Shown: one piece after another, positions 61,238 through 64,000 of the stretch
Layout: each line of letters starts with the position of its first letter
Numbering within the stretch: position 1 is the stretch's first letter
NCBI GenBank assembly: GCA_044892525.1
Contig: CM097885.1
Location: 4,466,001 to 4,530,000 of the forward strand
Source: Schmidtea polychroa
Lineage: Eukaryota
Length of the DNA stretch: 64,000 nt
Direction: 5' to 3'
Program-made: the position numbers and the translations under genes
The notes under the pieces: model-generated
What the model saw: only the letters and a program-made list of their open reading frames with translations
Databases searched by the model: none
What the model was told of the DNA's origin: nothing

Positions 61238-64000
61238 TTCCCTCTAAAATTGTTAAAATTAATACAACTGGTGATTCAATATATAATCAAATAGGTGTTT
61301 CGATCGATATTGACGATGAACCTGAAATTGAGATAGATTTTAAGGAGGCTAGAAAGAATTTACGATTTAATATGGAAAAAGATAACTTGGTACAAGTTAT
61401 CATTACAAATAAGATGACAAATAAATTAATTACCGAAATAAACGGTATGGGCACAGTTAAAATACAATTCACCGTTTTAATCCAGTTTGAGAAAGATGGG
61501 GAAATTAGAGATAATTTTTTCTCTAATAATGCAGAGGTTTTTTCAGATAATTTTCTAGTAGAGGGTATCACTAAGTTAAATGAGAAAATAGAAAAGTTCA
61601 CATATTTGGGTAGTGGATGGCGGGTGGTTAAAATCAAAGAGATAGATTTTATATTAACAAAATTTACCCATATGAATAGATTAGCTGGCCATAGATATAT
61701 CCCCACCCCATCAGCTTTAAATTCTAAAAAAGCAATAGTAAACGTCAAAAACACTGACGATATGTGCTTTATATATAGTATTTTAGCCCTTTTAAAACGT
61801 AATGTAGTACATATAAATAGAAATAGAGTTAGTTCCTATGAAAATTATCTTGACGAGTTAAATTTTGACCCCATTTCTGATTGTCCAATGAAATTATGTG
61901 ATATCCCTAAATTTGAAAGGAAAAATAGTGATTTAAATTTATCAATAAATGTTTTAATTTATAAAAAGAACCCAGCTAAGCCTTCTGAAAATGTAATTGG
62001 CGATAATTATATTCCACATCATCCTCAATTAGATATTATTCACCGATCTAAGGTTATAGGTGGTGAACCCATATATTTATTATTATTGGAAGACGGTAGT
62101 AATTTTCATTACACCGCAGTTTTTAACTTACAAAAATTAATGAACTCACACCCTAACAGTGAATGCAGTGTTAAAATTAGAGTGAACTGGTGTCCTCATT
62201 GTCTCAATGGTTTTCGACATGAAAAAGCATTTAACGTACATGTTGCACTATGCAGTAAGAATCAGATAGGTACTACTTTGTACACGCTCTCTAAAGATAA
62301 AAATTTAATTTTTAAAGAATTATCCAAGAAAATCACCCCGCCATTCGTGATATATGCCGATTTTGAGGCAATCTTGCCTGAAGACATCACCCACCACCAA
62401 AAACATATGCCAATAACAGCAGGCATGTTATTAATTAATAATTATAATAATACCAGATTTTATTATGAGTTTGTTGGTGATGATTGTGTGTTGTCTTTCT
62501 TGCGTAAGGTGGAGGAAATTGCGGTCAAAATTGTCCTGCCATATTACGAAATTAATGGGAAAAAGCCCATGCAAACCTTGTCTTTCACTGAAGAGCGGGC
62601 TTTTCGAGAATCCAGAACCTGTTATCTGTGTAAAAAATTCATTAGAGATAGAGTTAGGGACCATTGCCACTTCTCAGGCAAATATCTTGGTGCTGCTTGT
62701 AGGAAATGTAATGTTTCTCGGCGAATTCAGAGACAGTTACCAGTTGTCTTTCATAATTTGAGGGGGTATGATCTCCATCATATTTTGAAGTATGGTTTGA
62801 ATAATTTTCCTTCTTGGGAATTAAATATTATTCCGACTACTACCGAGAAATTCATCTCCCTCATCGCGTATATTAACAAATTGCCTGTTCGTTTTATTGA
62901 CAGCATGCAGTTTGTTAATTCATCTTTAGCAAAAGCGGTTAAGACTCTTTCCGATCTGCCTTTAACTTCTTCTGTTTTTGATGGTGCAATTGTTCGAGCC
63001 AAAGGTATCTTTCCTTATGACTTTGCTACATCGCTTGAGGTTTTGGAATCGACTCTTGAACTACCTCCGATCTGGGATTCTGTGTCTAATGATGAGTATG
63101 CATTAGCCCAAGTTATTTGGGCTCAGCAAAATTGCAACAACATGTTAGATTACATGTTAACTTACCTTAAATTAGACGTGTTTCTCCTCACAGATTATTG
63201 TACACAATTCCGTGAAAAGGCCATTGCTTACAATGGTCTGGAGCCTCTTAATTTCTATGGTATTCCCGGTATGTCATGGGCCTCAGCGCTTATGACATTA
63301 ACGGAACCCATTGAACTTCTGCAGGATATGGAAATGTTTAATTTCTACGAAGGAGGAATACGGGGTGGGTTAACATTTGTTAACAAACATTATGTTGTAA
63401 GTTCTGAAGACACAGAACTCTTGTATATTGACATAAATAACTCGTATGGTTGGGCCTTAAGCCAAAAGCTTCCGTATGCTGACTTTGAATGGGTGTATGA
63501 TGATCTTGATTCTGTCTTGAATGAATGTATGAATGAGGATATTGAAAATCTTCCATATGGATATACAATAGAAGTGGATATTGATATCCCTCAGTGTGTG
63601 CATGATTTTTTAAATGATTTTCCGATTGCTTCGGAAAAGATGTGCCCGCCAAATTCTAAAGTTGAGAAGCTGATGCTCACGCATTGGCCGAAGAAGAACC
63701 ATGTTCTTCATTGGCGACTTCTCAAGTTGTATATAGAATTGGGGGCTATTATTAAAAATGTACATAGGGCAATTAAATTTAAGCATGCACCCATTTTTAA
63801 ATCGTACATAGACAAAAACACCAATTTACGAGCCAATTCTACATGTGAATTATATAGGGATTTATACAAATTATTTAATAATAGCTTGTATGGTAAATCG
63901 GTGGAGAATCTGAAAAAGCGGATGAATTTGAGGCTATGCAATTCAGCTGAAAAGATGATTGTATATGCATCAAAACCTACTTTCAGAAAATCTATCAAAA
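61237..64000 (+). CDS. polB: Family-B pPolB, 5'-truncated and open to the window end
   Basis: One frame (61261+3n) gives GSGWRV, PFVIYADFE, VRDHCHFSGKYLGAACRKCN, VFHNLRGYD, KGIFPYD, IRGGLTFV, YIDINNSYG and KLFNNSLYGKSVEN. Confidence 0.92.

Overview
Very AT-rich eukaryotic (animal-like) repeat-dense window that is a Polinton/Maverick (adintovirus-like) hotspot. It contains: (1) a full-length family-A Polinton (22913-38037) with AGTAGT...ACTACT termini, ~0.9 kb TIRs, a perfect 6-bp CCCCAA target-site duplication and the full gene set (pPolB, membrane protein, fibre-like protein, penton, adenain protease, two core proteins, packaging ATPase, ZnF-PLA2-integrase, major capsid protein); (2) a diverged, truncated second family-A copy (49707-~59456) inserted into a hAT transposase; (3) the left part of a family-B Polinton (AGTAGATGG terminus at 60156) whose pPolB frame is open to the window end, plus many family-B fragments; (4) Tc1 (IR/DR, DD34E), hAT and piggyBac-type elements, satellites, a 28S rRNA fragment and a spliced coiled-coil pseudogene. 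Best novelty candidates: four tRNA-shaped Pol III (A-box/B-box/T-run) units with non-pairing anticodon arms inside the Polinton (possible VA-RNA analogues); an amber codon at the same motif-B position of pPolB in both diverged copies; a Bcl-2-like remnant upstream of a family-B pPolB; short GT-AG introns in family-B pPolB leaders; and ESCRT late-domain-like motifs in a Polinton membrane protein. All calls are by eye from sequence motifs; no database searches were run.
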